This document shows positions 8,467 through 17,940 of a DNA stretch of 64,000 nt, piece after piece. The DNA comes from a virus. The number at the start of each line of letters is the position of its first letter. Position 1 is the first letter of the stretch. The stretch covers positions 25,048 to 89,047 of IMG/VR virus record IMGVR_UViG_3300035670_000108; one strand, 5' to 3'. A model generated the notes under the pieces. The model made no database searches. It had not been told where the DNA came from and saw only the letters and a program-made list of their open reading frames with translations. The translations under genes were made by a program, and so were the position numbers.

Positions 8467-9084
8467 CTACAAAGGCTTTGCAGCCTGGAAGAAGTCGTTA
8501 ACGAACTGGCGCGGCACGATGGCGACGTAGCGATGGCCGAGGATCTGCTGGTACTTGACCTGGATCAGGGCGTGGTCGTCGCGCCAGCTGATGTCGAGGT
8601 AGTAATGGTTGGACGGGTTGACCCCTGGCTGGGCGCTGTAAATCATCGTGGCCATCACGTCGATCAGCGCCTGGCTGGGGCGGACGTGGTTGTACAGGTC
8701 GAAGCCGCAGCCTACCGGCAGGCTCACCCACAACATGCCCGGAGGTGTCTCGCCCGCCGCCTTGCCCGTAGAGCGCTCGGTGAACAGCTCAGCCAGGCTC
8801 TCGCGGATCTGAATCGGCATCTTGCGGCGCACCGGTACCCAGGCCAGGGCCACCTGGTTGTCCGGCCAATCCGGGTCGAGATCCTCGAGCATGGCGCAGT
8901 TCGAGCAGATGAACTCGGCAGCGTCAGGTGCCGCCAGGTTCGGGGCGTAGTCGCGGTACCAGCCTACTGCCTGGCCCGCCTCGACGCGCACCTTGGCGTC
9001 GCAGACCAGGCAACACAGGGCCTGGCCCAGGTACTGGCCCCGCATGATGGGGCGCAGCAGTCTAGTGGAGATGGGCTTTAGCAT
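8467..9084 (-). CDS. Zn-finger hypothetical protein
   Basis: CLVC...CSNC; its TAG stop is supplied by the palindrome variant. Confidence 0.7.
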   Translation of the reverse strand: MLKPISTRLLRPIMRGQYLGQALCCLVCDAKVRVEAGQAVGWYRDYAPNLAAPDAAEFICSNCAMLEDLDPDWPDNQVALAWVPVRRKMPIQIRESLAELFTERSTGKAAGETPPGMLWVSLPVGCGFDLYNHVRPSQALIDVMATMIYSAQPGVNPSNHYYLDISWRDDHALIQVKYQQILGHRYVAIVPRQFVNDFFQAAKPL

Positions 9085-9505
9085 CTTCGTTCACCTCGGT
9101 GTAATGGGCTTCTGGCTGCGGGTCGATGTTGATGGCCATGTGCAGGCCGGTGGGGCGCTGGTAGAACGGCTGGCCATTGCGCGGGTCGAGGACCGTCACC
9201 TGGTCTTGCGACACGTCCATGCGCACCAGCGCGGCGGTGTCCTCGGCAGTCCACACGCGGGCCTTGCCCTCGACGGTCAAGGAGAGGCTGTTGACGCCGT
9301 AGATGATCGGCGTGCACTGCACGGTGCGCCTCTCCAGGGTGGCGCCGGCCGCCAGCTGCAGCTCGTCGGCGGCAGCGCGCAGGATCGCCACGGGGTCGGT
9401 ATGGTTGCCGCTGACGTGGTCATTGAGCGCCACCCGCGCCTTGCTGCGCAGGCCGTCGGCCATCTCCAGCAGGATGTTCTGCAGCTCACGTTCTCGCTTG
9501 CTCAT
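9062..9505 (-). CDS. hypothetical protein
   Basis: 147-aa ORF tiling the operon. Confidence 0.7.
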   Translation of the reverse strand: MSKRERELQNILLEMADGLRSKARVALNDHVSGNHTDPVAILRAAADELQLAAGATLERRTVQCTPIIYGVNSLSLTVEGKARVWTAEDTAALVRMDVSQDQVTVLDPRNGQPFYQRPTGLHMAINIDPQPEAHYTEVNEDAKAHLH

Positions 9506-9517
9506 GGTCTGCCTCGG

Positions 9518-9943
9518 TCACTTCTTGAAGCGTGAATGGGGGTCGAGATTCTCTTGCCAGTCGTCATCGAGATCGGCACCGCGTAGGCGCATCACGACGC
9601 CGGACAGCGTAGGGAAGTCTCCCGTGGCGCCTCCCACCCCTGTATTGACCAAGTGGCAGTTGTGCAGCTGGCACTCCCCGCCACCGCTGCTCATTTCGAT
9701 GATCAGACTGTCGATCTTGGCTTCCTCGACGATCGGCCGGTTCAGGTAGCGCAAGGCGAGCCGCACCTGCTGGCGCCGCTGCTTGCTGTTGCCGCGCAGG
9801 CAGAGGCTGGTCACCCGCTTTCCCGCGGCATCGAGGATGTAGGTAGTCCAGCGCGAGTGCTGGACGGTGAACGGCTGTTTCCCAACCGAACGCAGGCCGT
9901 CCCAGTAGCGCCGGTAGTGGGGGCCTGGCTGATAGCGCTTCAT
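9518..9943 (-). CDS. hypothetical protein
   Basis: 141-aa ORF with ATGA overlap. Confidence 0.65.
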   Translation of the reverse strand: MKRYQPGPHYRRYWDGLRSVGKQPFTVQHSRWTTYILDAAGKRVTSLCLRGNSKQRRQQVRLALRYLNRPIVEEAKIDSLIIEMSSGGGECQLHNCHLVNTGVGGATGDFPTLSGVVMRLRGADLDDDWQENLDPHSRFKK

Positions 9944-10119
9944 GGCTGCACTACCTCGTGATACTCGATCACACGGATATGCTCGTGGGTGTCGTACAGC
10001 TTCAAGCGGGCTGCCTCGAAGTCGACCGCGTCCACCTCCTTGGTGAACTGGATGCAGATGCCAATGGCATTATTTTCTCGACCGTAGAAGGTGATCGAGA
10101 AGGTCTTCTCGGTGCTCAT
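9940..10119 (-). CDS. small hypothetical protein
   Basis: Start trimmed to MSTEKTF, GGAGAG RBS directly after the palindrome; F.GR...AIG motif. Confidence 0.7.
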   Translation of the reverse strand: MSTEKTFSITFYGRENNAIGICIQFTKEVDAVDFEAARLKLYDTHEHIRVIEYHEVVQP

Positions 10120-10149
10120 GATTCTCTCCAGCTGCAAAGACTTTGCAGA

Positions 10150-10449
10150 TCAGAATGGGTAGTCGCCGGGCACGCCCGGCAGGTCTTCCACGGGCGGCAG
10201 CGGCCCCAGGCACTTCACCCCCTTGCTGGTGCTGCCCATGCGATGGGTGTCCAGGCCGCTAGGCCAGACCCACGCGCCGCAGTTGCACAGCTTGTCGTTC
10301 CAGGGCTTCTTCGCAGCCCAGCGGTCGGGCTTGGCCGTCTTCCCGCAGAACGGACAAGGGTGGTCGTTCAGGGGCACTGCCTTGAACCGGCGGCGGCAGC
10401 CGTCGCTGGTGCAGCGCATGTGCACCTTGGTGTACCGCCGCCGGGCCAT
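10150..10449 (-). CDS. Cys-rich Zn-finger protein
   Basis: C....C...CPFCG...CNC...HR.G....C. Confidence 0.7.
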   Translation of the reverse strand: MARRRYTKVHMRCTSDGCRRRFKAVPLNDHPCPFCGKTAKPDRWAAKKPWNDKLCNCGAWVWPSGLDTHRMGSTSKGVKCLGPLPPVEDLPGVPGDYPF

Positions 10450-10889
10450 TACCAGACTCTCTCTGGCGGTGTTTTCACCGCCTTGGTCTCGACCAGGTCG
10501 CCCCAGCAGCCAACCGTCATGCGGCGGCCGGTGAAGATCAGGGTGGTGGCGTAGGTGTCACCGGCGTTCAGGTAGCGCACCGAGCGACCGCTGCGCCGGT
10601 GCTCCCCCAGGTACTCGACGCCGTGGAAGCCGGCGAGGTTGTTCAGCAGCTGGCGCTTGACCTGCAGCAGGTACGGATCTCGCCCGGCGCGACAGGTCGG
10701 CGCCACCTGATCGTAGGCCGTCTGGTAGGCCTCCGGGTGGCCGGCGCGGTCCAGGATGTGCTTGAGGGTGTCCTCGTCCTTCGCGCGCCAGATGTCACGA
10801 ACCAACTGCGGTTCGATGTCCAGACGGATGTTGCGGTGGGCGAGGGTTTCGACGGAAGGGGCGGACCAGGCCGCAGGATCACGCGCCAT
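10449..10889 (-). CDS. conserved hypothetical phage protein
   Basis: HGVEYL...YLNAGDTYATTL...WGD.VE block. Confidence 0.75.
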   Translation of the reverse strand: MARDPAAWSAPSVETLAHRNIRLDIEPQLVRDIWRAKDEDTLKHILDRAGHPEAYQTAYDQVAPTCRAGRDPYLLQVKRQLLNNLAGFHGVEYLGEHRRSGRSVRYLNAGDTYATTLIFTGRRMTVGCWGDLVETKAVKTPPERVW

Positions 10890-11427
10890 CGGTCATCTCC
10901 TTCGGGAAGGTCTCGGGGGTGATGCCGATCAGGCGGCAGGCCATGGTGTAGTGGCCGTGCTCGGTGCGCCAGCGCTCCAGCTCGTCTTCCTCGGCGGTAA
11001 TGTCCTGCTGGATGTCGGCGCCCCAGTCTTCCAGCTTGTCGGCCACCAGCACCAGGCAGGCCTTCATGGCCTCCAGTTCCTGCAGGTTGGCGTACAGCTC
11101 CTTCAGCGGGCTTTCGCGTACCGCCTCCAGCTCGGCAAACTCGGCGTCCAGCTCCTCGCGTACCCATTCAGTCAGACGCTGCTCGACCGCGGTGGACTCG
11201 TCATCGTCGCGGTCGATCTTCTCCTTCAGCCAGGCGAGGCGGTCTTCCAGAGGGACTTCGATGGTGCTGCACTCGCCGCCACAGCGGTTGCAGTAGGCCG
11301 CGTCCATGACGCCGGCCAGTTCGTAGGCCTGCAGCGCTGGGTTCCAGGCGGCGTTGGCGTCATGGGTCACATCAGCACTGCGGCAGGTGCTGCAGATCAC
11401 CACAGTGCGGGGTTTTGGCGTAGACAT
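10879..11427 (-). CDS. Zn-ribbon plus acidic coiled-coil protein
   Basis: CSTC.S.DV..DA.A.WN...CNRC followed by an acidic helical region. Confidence 0.75.
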   Translation of the reverse strand: MSTPKPRTVVICSTCRSADVTHDANAAWNPALQAYELAGVMDAAYCNRCGGECSTIEVPLEDRLAWLKEKIDRDDDESTAVEQRLTEWVREELDAEFAELEAVRESPLKELYANLQELEAMKACLVLVADKLEDWGADIQQDITAEEDELERWRTEHGHYTMACRLIGITPETFPKEMTDGA

Positions 11428-11436
11428 AGGGCCTCC

Positions 11437-11829
11437 TCAAAGGCATAGGTGGTACTGCTCCGGTTCGTCCGGATGGGCGAATAACTCGAGGTTTTCGTAG
11501 GGGTGGCCAGGCCACCACCGGTTGCTCTTGCTCAGGTTGGGGCCGGCGCCGATCACCCGCAGGTTCCACGGCACATGCAGGCCGCAGACCAGATCCGAAC
11601 GGATCGGGACAATGTGATCGACGTGGACGTCCTCCCCCGCTGCCCTGCGGCGCTTCTGCTCGGCGTACACCTTGGCGAAGCCGGGGTGCTCACGGCACCA
11701 CCAGGGCCACGCCTTGTACAGCTGCCGGTAGTAGCGGATCGAGCGCTTGTAGTTCGGGTTGACCTCCGGATCGTCGGGGTCTTGCCGCGCCAGCCAGATC
11801 GGTTTGCCGTAGGACAAGGGGGTGGCCAT
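11437..11829 (-). CDS. HNH endonuclease-family protein
   Basis: HVDHIVP....VCGLHVPWNL......N..KSN. Confidence 0.85.
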   Translation of the reverse strand: MATPLSYGKPIWLARQDPDDPEVNPNYKRSIRYYRQLYKAWPWWCREHPGFAKVYAEQKRRRAAGEDVHVDHIVPIRSDLVCGLHVPWNLRVIGAGPNLSKSNRWWPGHPYENLELFAHPDEPEQYHLCL

Positions 11830-12218
11830 TACTTGCTGCACTCGGCTATCAGGTAGTCGAGGAGGCGCAGGCGGGCGGCGCCGTACTTCCCCGCCCAGCG
11901 AGGGTCGAACCCGCCCTCTTCCTTGTCGAGGTCAAAGGCTGCCTCTGCTGACAGCGTCTGGTGGGGGACCGGGTAGCTGGGATTGCCGGAGTATTCCGGC
12001 CAGTTCTGCGCCAGGCACTCCACCAGGTCGTAGGCGTCGATGCTGATCCCGACCAGCTCGTCGACGTCGGTCAAGGCGAAGAGGGCGCCGCAGATCCCTA
12101 CACCCTCCAAGACATTTTGCTCGTCCTCCCCTGTGGCCAGGTACTGCTCGGCCAACTGCTTCAGCTGCTGCAGCCCCGGGACAAACTTGCGCAGGATCTT
12201 CTTCCTCGGGCGGTTCAC
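11829..12218 (-). CDS. hypothetical protein
   Basis: GIC...WPEYSG...YPVP...W.G.YG..R.RLL motif. Confidence 0.75.
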   Translation of the reverse strand: MNRPRKKILRKFVPGLQQLKQLAEQYLATGEDEQNVLEGVGICGALFALTDVDELVGISIDAYDLVECLAQNWPEYSGNPSYPVPHQTLSAEAAFDLDKEEGGFDPRWAGKYGAARLRLLDYLIAECSK

Positions 12219-12412
12219 TTCACACCTCCCTGCTGGCGCAGGTTGCGCTGGCGGCGACGCTCGCGCTTGTCCTTGGCCGCCTGGATCTTCTCGTCGTCAG
12301 CCGCGGTGCGAGCACGGCGGGCTTCGGTCTGGTGCTTGGTGCGGATCGGCGGAACCCCGTGGCCCGTCGCTATGGCCAGAGCCAGAGCGATGGCTGAGGA
12401 CAACTTGAACAT
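12215..12412 (-). CDS. small basic protein with a hydrophobic N-terminus
   Basis: 65-aa ORF behind a palindrome and RBS hairpin. Confidence 0.7.
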   Translation of the reverse strand: MFKLSSAIALALAIATGHGVPPIRTKHQTEARRARTAADDEKIQAAKDKRERRRQRNLRQQGGVK

Positions 12413-12484
12413 GATTTGCCTCCTATAATGGCAATGGAACCTGCAAAGTCTTTGCAGATCAAAGAGAGTAGCCTATTGGCTAGA

Positions 12485-13798
12485 TTACTCTATTTCACCC
12501 GGAGAGGTAGCCAGCCAGGCGTCAAACACCTGGCGGAATTGTTTCGCCCGGGCCAGCAAACCGGGGCGCGGAGTCTCCTCCTTGATCTCCTCCAGCAGCC
12601 GTTCAGCCAGCAAGCGGATGGCCAGCTGGGGCAGGTCGATATTCTCGTCGTCCTCGTCAAGGAAGACGCGGCACAGCGAGCTGAACTCGTCTACCAGGCC
12701 CTGGCGGGTGGCCACCGTCCACTTCTCGCTGGTGGTGTAGGGGAAGGCATTGTCCTTGCCGCATAGCAGCAGCTCGCTGGCCGGCAGCCAGATCTCGCGG
12801 ATCGCCTGCCAGTCCTCCTGATACACGTGGATGCTGCTGTCCACCTCGCACTCCCAGTACGGGAACACATGGATCGGGCTGCTGCCGTCGTGATGGCTCA
12901 GTACGCAGTACAGACTGGCGTAGCCGTTGGCCTCGACGGTGTAGGCGCCGCGGCTGATGTTGAACTCGCCGTTCACGCGCAGCTTGTCGGCCAGCTCCTT
13001 GGCGTCGTACTTGCACTCGGCGTAGGCGTCCTGGCGGCGCCAGCCGAACTTGCTTACCTCTACCCGCAGGCCGTCCGGCGCCGGCAGGCCCTGCTTGGCC
13101 AGCTCCTGCTTCATCTCGTCGAGCAGGTACTCCAGCTGCTCCTGATACTGCTCCCATTCGTCGTTGTCGCCGGCGTAGCCGTAGGCCTTGGCCGGCGTGT
13201 CAACGGCCTCCTCCCAGATGGGGCGCACGACCCGGTCGCACTGCTCGCAGCGGCAGTACGGCCCGCTCAAGTGGCTGAACTGCTCGGCAGCCTCGATTGC
13301 CTCCTCAGCCGTCTGCTCGCGGATCTCTTCGGTCGCGCCGCACTCCGGGCACTCTAACGTGCTCCACATTTCCAGCTCGCCGCCCAGGTCATCCGGGTCG
13401 TAGCTGAAGCCGCCGCGCTTCACCGCGACGACCTTGCCCTCTTGCATGTAGAACTGCTGGGCCAGGCGCTGGCGATCCAGCACGCCGTCCAGTGCCTGCA
13501 CATCGTAGCCGGAGGCTTTCACCATCTGCCGGGCCCAGAGCGGCGTGCCTCGCTGTCCGCCATGGTGGTGGTAGAGGCGGCGCAGGCGCGCCTTCATCTC
13601 GATCTGCTTGTGCTCACGACTACCGATGATCTGCTTGGCCAGACCCATCAGGGCGGTGTGCAGCAGAAGGGGCTTGGTGACCAGCGCGAAGTCGGTGAGC
13701 TGTTTCAGTTCGCAGTGGTGGAAGTTGAGCAGGGCCGGCAGGTAGTAGTGCTGGGATTCCGGGTCGAAGGAATACAGCGGAGCGTGGAGTTTGGACAT
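12485..13798 (-). CDS. hypothetical protein with a Zn ribbon (437 aa)
   Basis: Start trimmed to MSKLHAP (AGGAGG RBS); CPEC...CEQC. Confidence 0.75.
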   Translation of the reverse strand: MSKLHAPLYSFDPESQHYYLPALLNFHHCELKQLTDFALVTKPLLLHTALMGLAKQIIGSREHKQIEMKARLRRLYHHHGGQRGTPLWARQMVKASGYDVQALDGVLDRQRLAQQFYMQEGKVVAVKRGGFSYDPDDLGGELEMWSTLECPECGATEEIREQTAEEAIEAAEQFSHLSGPYCRCEQCDRVVRPIWEEAVDTPAKAYGYAGDNDEWEQYQEQLEYLLDEMKQELAKQGLPAPDGLRVEVSKFGWRRQDAYAECKYDAKELADKLRVNGEFNISRGAYTVEANGYASLYCVLSHHDGSSPIHVFPYWECEVDSSIHVYQEDWQAIREIWLPASELLLCGKDNAFPYTTSEKWTVATRQGLVDEFSSLCRVFLDEDDENIDLPQLAIRLLAERLLEEIKEETPRPGLLARAKQFRQVFDAWLATSPGEIE

Positions 13799-13842
13799 AG
13801 CGGGCCTCCTTGAAGGCGTTTCACTTGCGGGGCAAGGGGTGG

Positions 13843-14151
13843 TCAGTAGCTCAGTTGGGCGATGTCGCGGACGTTGCCGGCGGTCGGGGTGGAGCCCTTG
13901 AGCATGGCGTGAAGGAACGAGTGGGCCTTCGGCGTGAAGCGGATCAAGCCCAGCTGCAGCTGCATGACGTCGTCCTCGCTCATGAAGGCGCAACCGCGGC
14001 AGCGACCGTCGCGGACATACTCCACGAACATGGGGCGGGAGGGGTTCGGTGCGTTGACATGCGGCAGCGCGCTGACGTAGCCGTCGTAGGCCAGGTGGAC
14101 GGTGCAGTGGCGCTTGCCGGGCAGGCCGCGCCGTACCAGGGCTTTTTTCAC
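13843..14151 (-). CDS. hypothetical protein
   Basis: GTG start after AGGAGG. Confidence 0.6.
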   Translation of the reverse strand: MKKALVRRGLPGKRHCTVHLAYDGYVSALPHVNAPNPSRPMFVEYVRDGRCRGCAFMSEDDVMQLQLGLIRFTPKAHSFLHAMLKGSTPTAGNVRDIAQLSY

Positions 14152-14212
14152 GAGAAGTCCTCCTGCTCGCGGAAGTTGATCATTGCCTATTCCTCTTCTT
14201 CATCCGGGCCAG

Positions 14213-14878
14213 CTAGATCGGTGATGCGTAGAGCTTGGTGCCGGGCGGTAGCGGCTGCGTCAGTTCGACGTGCAGCAGGCTGATTCCGCCGCCAGTCTTT
14301 AGCTGAACCTCACCCACCGCCTCCTGCCCCTTCACCGCGGCCAGCTCGGCGCGCAGGGCGTCGCGTTGTTTCTGCAGGTCAATGGCGTTCTGCCCGTAAG
14401 CGTCGCGCGCCGACTTCGCATCGGCCAGCTCGGCGCGCAGCTTGCCGTTGAGCTGCGCCAGTCCGGCGTTTGCCTGCTCAAGCATTAAGGCGTTGGAGCA
14501 CCACCTCTCCACCTCTGCCGCCATAGCTGCGGTGATGCGCTGTACGTCGGCTAGCTCGGCGCGCTCTTCCAGGGTGGGGCGAGCGCCGAACTTGCAAAGT
14601 TCTTTGCAGCCTCCCTGGTGGATGATCTCGCCCTGGAACTGCCACTTGGGGATGACCAGGACGTTCTTGCCTTCGTGGTAGAAGCCTTCCTGACCAACGA
14701 TGGCCTGGTACTCGTAGCCCTCACGCTCGCGCACCTGATGGCCGTCGAAGATGCCCGCCCCGAAGTTGATGATGATGGTGTCCCCGAGCAGGAAGATGTC
14801 GGCACGCTGGGCGTAGCCGTAGTCCAGCACCAGCACTCGGGCGCCGGTCTTGACGCAGTTTCCGGATTTAACAGGCAT
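14213..14878 (-). CDS. probably chimeric hypothetical protein
   Basis: Globular N-half; coiled-coil C-half ending QEAVG...LPPGTKLYA; degenerate palindrome at the junction. Confidence 0.65.
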   Translation of the reverse strand: MPVKSGNCVKTGARVLVLDYGYAQRADIFLLGDTIIINFGAGIFDGHQVREREGYEYQAIVGQEGFYHEGKNVLVIPKWQFQGEIIHQGGCKELCKFGARPTLEERAELADVQRITAAMAAEVERWCSNALMLEQANAGLAQLNGKLRAELADAKSARDAYGQNAIDLQKQRDALRAELAAVKGQEAVGEVQLKTGGGISLLHVELTQPLPPGTKLYASPI

Positions 14879-14880
14879 GG

Positions 14881-15099
14881 CTATTCGTCCACATTGGTGT
14901 TGGTAGGCTCCTCCACCAGCACGTAGCCGGTGAGGGTGTACTGGTCGTTCCAGCTGGCGCCGCAGTCGGAACAGGTGATCTCCTGCCAGGCGATGGCGGA
15001 TTCTGCCGTGAAAGGACCGCCGCTGATTTCGTTGCTATTGCAGCAGGGGCAGAGCTGCCCGGCGCAGGCCACATAGGCCTCGTTCGTTGAATGGGCCAT
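14881..15099 (-). CDS. Zn-ribbon protein
   Basis: CPCC.S..I.G...C.DCGA.W...Y. Confidence 0.75.
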   Translation of the reverse strand: MAHSTNEAYVACAGQLCPCCNSNEISGGPFTAESAIAWQEITCSDCGASWNDQYTLTGYVLVEEPTNTNVDE

Positions 15100-15100
15100 C

Positions 15101-15631
15101 TCAGTCTCCCAGCGGCTCGATGTCGATCACCGCCATCCAGTTCATGTCGATGCCGAACTCGTTGTCTTGGCGCCCCTGTTCAAGGGTGGCCAGCATGCGG
15201 TCGGCGAGGGCGTCGAGGTTGACCCGGTCCAGCTTGTCGGCGATGGAGTTGGGGATGGCCAGCTCGACGTGGAGGGCGTAGCGGGTCTCGGTGGGGTTGT
15301 GCAGCGGCTCCATCCGTTCGTCCAGCTCGCCGACGGTGGCCAGGGCCAGGATCTCGCCGTCCATGCCCTGCAGCTGGTAGATCGTCCCGGTGTGCACGCC
15401 GAACTTGTACCCCTCCGGCTGCACGCCGTGCTTAACGGCGCCGACCAGCATCAGCGTGCCGACACCGGGGATGAAGCGCTGCAGGATGTAGACGGCGCGG
15501 GCCATGTCGTGAAAGGCGGTGAAGCCGTAGACCTGCGGATCTGCCAGGTTCCAGCTGGCACCGCAGTCACGCCATGGGCGTTCGATCTCGAATCCGTCGT
15601 GGACGAACTTCAGTAGATTGGCGTTGTGCAT
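15101..15631 (-). CDS. hypothetical protein
   Basis: 176-aa ORF behind a palindrome and RBS hairpin. Confidence 0.75.
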   Translation of the reverse strand: MHNANLLKFVHDGFEIERPWRDCGASWNLADPQVYGFTAFHDMARAVYILQRFIPGVGTLMLVGAVKHGVQPEGYKFGVHTGTIYQLQGMDGEILALATVGELDERMEPLHNPTETRYALHVELAIPNSIADKLDRVNLDALADRMLATLEQGRQDNEFGIDMNWMAVIDIEPLGD

Positions 15632-15658
15632 ATTGCCTCCTATGCAGGCAATCGACAG

Positions 15659-16069
15659 CTACAAAGACTTTGCAGCTGAGGCGTACCAGTGGGCTCCACC
15701 GTTGAACTGATTCATGGTGGCGTGAATGTGCGCGGTCATCTCCTGCACCAGGCGACTCCCGTTGGCGAAGGTGATCTGCATGTCGGAGTTGCGCTCGGTC
15801 GGCCCCCAGCGGTTCTTCTGGGGGTCGTAGCCGAAGATGCTGGTGAGCTTGATGTCGCTCATGGTGCCGCGGATCTCGTTGCCCTTATGGGTCGAGCGAT
15901 GCAGCAGCTGGAGCACCAGGCGCTCCCCCTTGGCACGGTCGTCGAAGAACAGCCATAGCTGCTCAACACGCCGGCCGGCACGGATCTCCGGCCGGTAGAT
16001 ATGGCCGATATGGCACTGGCTGAGGTCTAGCGTGCGACTGCCGCCGTCGATGATCAGTAGCTGGGCCAT
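15659..16069 (-). CDS. hypothetical protein
   Basis: Start trimmed to MAQLLII (GAGGAG RBS); stop lies inside the palindrome. Confidence 0.7.
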   Translation of the reverse strand: MAQLLIIDGGSRTLDLSQCHIGHIYRPEIRAGRRVEQLWLFFDDRAKGERLVLQLLHRSTHKGNEIRGTMSDIKLTSIFGYDPQKNRWGPTERNSDMQITFANGSRLVQEMTAHIHATMNQFNGGAHWYASAAKSL

Positions 16070-16070
16070 G

Positions 16071-16247
16071 TCAGGGCTCCTCTTGTTCGATCTGGTCGGC
16101 GACCCATTGCCAGTATCCCGACTGGATATTTCCTTCGGCGGCTTCCTGCCCCCACTCTCCACGGCTATATACCGGGTGCTCTCCCCAACTTGTCGCCGTG
16201 CCGTATTTGTCAGCTAGCTGCTCCGGTGTGAGGTCACGGTCGCTCAT
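16071..16247 (-). CDS. small hypothetical protein
   Basis: MSDRDLT...WGEHP.Y...W......GYW.WV motif; GGAGG RBS. Confidence 0.7.
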   Translation of the reverse strand: MSDRDLTPEQLADKYGTATSWGEHPVYSRGEWGQEAAEGNIQSGYWQWVADQIEQEEP

Positions 16248-16248
16248 G

Positions 16249-16854
16249 TCAGGCCTCCATGAACCAGCGCAGGCCGAAAGCATCCGGCGCCGGCTGGGCA
16301 TCGCGGTCGAACTTCACGGCCTGCACACCCATGCCAAAGGCCGCGCTCAGCACGGCGTAGAGATCCGCGTCGACAAGGGTGGCCATGGCCGTCAACTCGT
16401 CTGGCTGCGGAACACGGATCGCCACGCCTGCTTCATCGCCGACCACGTCGACCATCAGGCTGTAGCCGTCGTGCAGCTGCAGAACCCCATTGATCTCGCC
16501 CTTGAACAGCGACCCGTAGACGCTCTCCGGCAGGTGGTAGGCAGACAGCACCCAGATCCGCTCGATCTCGGCCACCGGCCGTCCAAAGGCCTGGGCGGCC
16601 TTGCGCAGGGCGTCCTCCATCGGGCCGGGGATGATCATTTCCCGGACGTAGTTGCAATTCAGGTACTCGCGGTGCACCGCCGCGTCTTGATCCGCCACCC
16701 ACTGGGGGATACGGACGATATTGCTGACGTTGCGGTCGCCGTCGTAGAAGGCCACCAGGGTGTGGTTGTTGCCCACCTCCCGGGCGATTTCCATGTAGGC
16801 AATGCGCTGCCCTTCGGCGCTGTATTGAGCACCGGTGTTGAATACCTTGATCAT
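16249..16854 (-). CDS. hypothetical protein
   Basis: FNTG..YS.EGQRI N-terminal motif; palindrome and RBS hairpin upstream. Confidence 0.75.
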   Translation of the reverse strand: MIKVFNTGAQYSAEGQRIAYMEIAREVGNNHTLVAFYDGDRNVSNIVRIPQWVADQDAAVHREYLNCNYVREMIIPGPMEDALRKAAQAFGRPVAEIERIWVLSAYHLPESVYGSLFKGEINGVLQLHDGYSLMVDVVGDEAGVAIRVPQPDELTAMATLVDADLYAVLSAAFGMGVQAVKFDRDAQPAPDAFGLRWFMEA

Positions 16855-16900
16855 GATTTGCCTCCTGTGAGGGCAGTGGGATGCTGCAAAGACTTTGCAG

Positions 16901-17497
16901 CTATTGGACGAGGTCGAGCAGGGTGTAAGTGATCGGCGCCTCAGCGCCTGGCATGATCACCGTGAACCCTGCCTTTGTGCGCTCGGCTCCGCTCATGCTG
17001 AGCAGATCCACCACGTCTTTGTGATACACGAGCTTCTTCTTGACGTCCTCGGCCGTGGCGTTGCCTGGCATCAGCCAGGTGACGCTCAGGTTGATGCGCA
17101 CCATCTGGCTACGCAGGCCTTCTACCTTGGCCTCGTGCTTGCGCAGCGTCGTCATGATCAACATGCCCAGTTGCTGGGTCTGGCCCAGCGCCCCAGCTGG
17201 CAGATTCTGCAGCGCCTCCTCATACTCGAGTGCGAGCTGATCCTGCACGGTGATCCAGGTCATGCCGAGGTTGTCGAACAGCGTCGAACCGCAGCCAGCG
17301 TCGTCACCGATAGAGCGCTCCAACGTCACCACCAGGAAGCGGCCGAGCAGCTCCAGGTGGAAGTGGCCGGCGATGCTGCCGCCTTCGTAGAGGGCCTGCA
17401 AAGACTTTGCAAGCTCCGCTTCGTTATTGACGTCCTCGGGCAGCAGAACAGCCAGGCGGACGGTGTAGCTCTGGTTGAAGGTTGGGGTCAGCATCAC
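16901..17497 (-). CDS. hypothetical protein
   Basis: 198-aa ORF containing an internal palindrome copy (LAKSLQA). Confidence 0.7.
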   Translation of the reverse strand: MMLTPTFNQSYTVRLAVLLPEDVNNEAELAKSLQALYEGGSIAGHFHLELLGRFLVVTLERSIGDDAGCGSTLFDNLGMTWITVQDQLALEYEEALQNLPAGALGQTQQLGMLIMTTLRKHEAKVEGLRSQMVRINLSVTWLMPGNATAEDVKKKLVYHKDVVDLLSMSGAERTKAGFTVIMPGAEAPITYTLLDLVQ

Positions 17498-17940
17498 TGC
17501 GGCTCTCCTATGACGTGAATGTCGGCCATCACCTTGTGGTTGATGGCCCAGTGGAATTGATCGGCGATGTACTCCTTGATCCCATTGCGGTCGCGGCCAG
17601 TCACCCGGAGCACAGGCCCCAGGAAAGTCGGGGTGACGATCACCTTGTGCTCAGTCCAGCCGGAATAGCCGCCGTGTTCGTCCATGTGGTGGAAGGCTGT
17701 GTCGAACACCAGCATGTGCGGGCAGGCATTGAGGTCGCCGGCCCTCTCGCACATGTCGAAGTTGAGGGTGGTGCCGCGGTCGAAGCCGCTGCCGCTGGGC
17801 AGGTGCTCCTTCACCAGGCGGTCGATCTCGTCTTCCACCGCATCCAGCATGGCTTTCTGCAGGGTGTCGCGGCGGGCCAGGTTCTTGCGGCGCTCCAGCA
17901 GCGTGGCCAGGGCGATGTATAGCGGGATTAGAGAACGCAT
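17494..17940 (-). CDS. conserved hypothetical phage protein
   Basis: LPSGSGFD...FHHMDEHGGY.GWTEH...VTP block. Confidence 0.8.
   Translation of the reverse strand: MRSLIPLYIALATLLERRKNLARRDTLQKAMLDAVEDEIDRLVKEHLPSGSGFDRGTTLNFDMCERAGDLNACPHMLVFDTAFHHMDEHGGYSGWTEHKVIVTPTFLGPVLRVTGRDRNGIKEYIADQFHWAINHKVMADIHVIGEPQ

Larger units (their letters stand above)
6694..8488. mobile_element. moron/cassette flanked by 24-bp direct repeats
   Basis: acctacaaaggctttgcagcctgg identical at 6694-6717 and 8465-8488; encloses two genes and a terminator. Confidence 0.7.

Noticed and set aside
12424-12429. TATAAT -10 box
   Set aside because: It points antisense to the local genes, has no clear -35, and is explained as the loop of the RBS hairpin.
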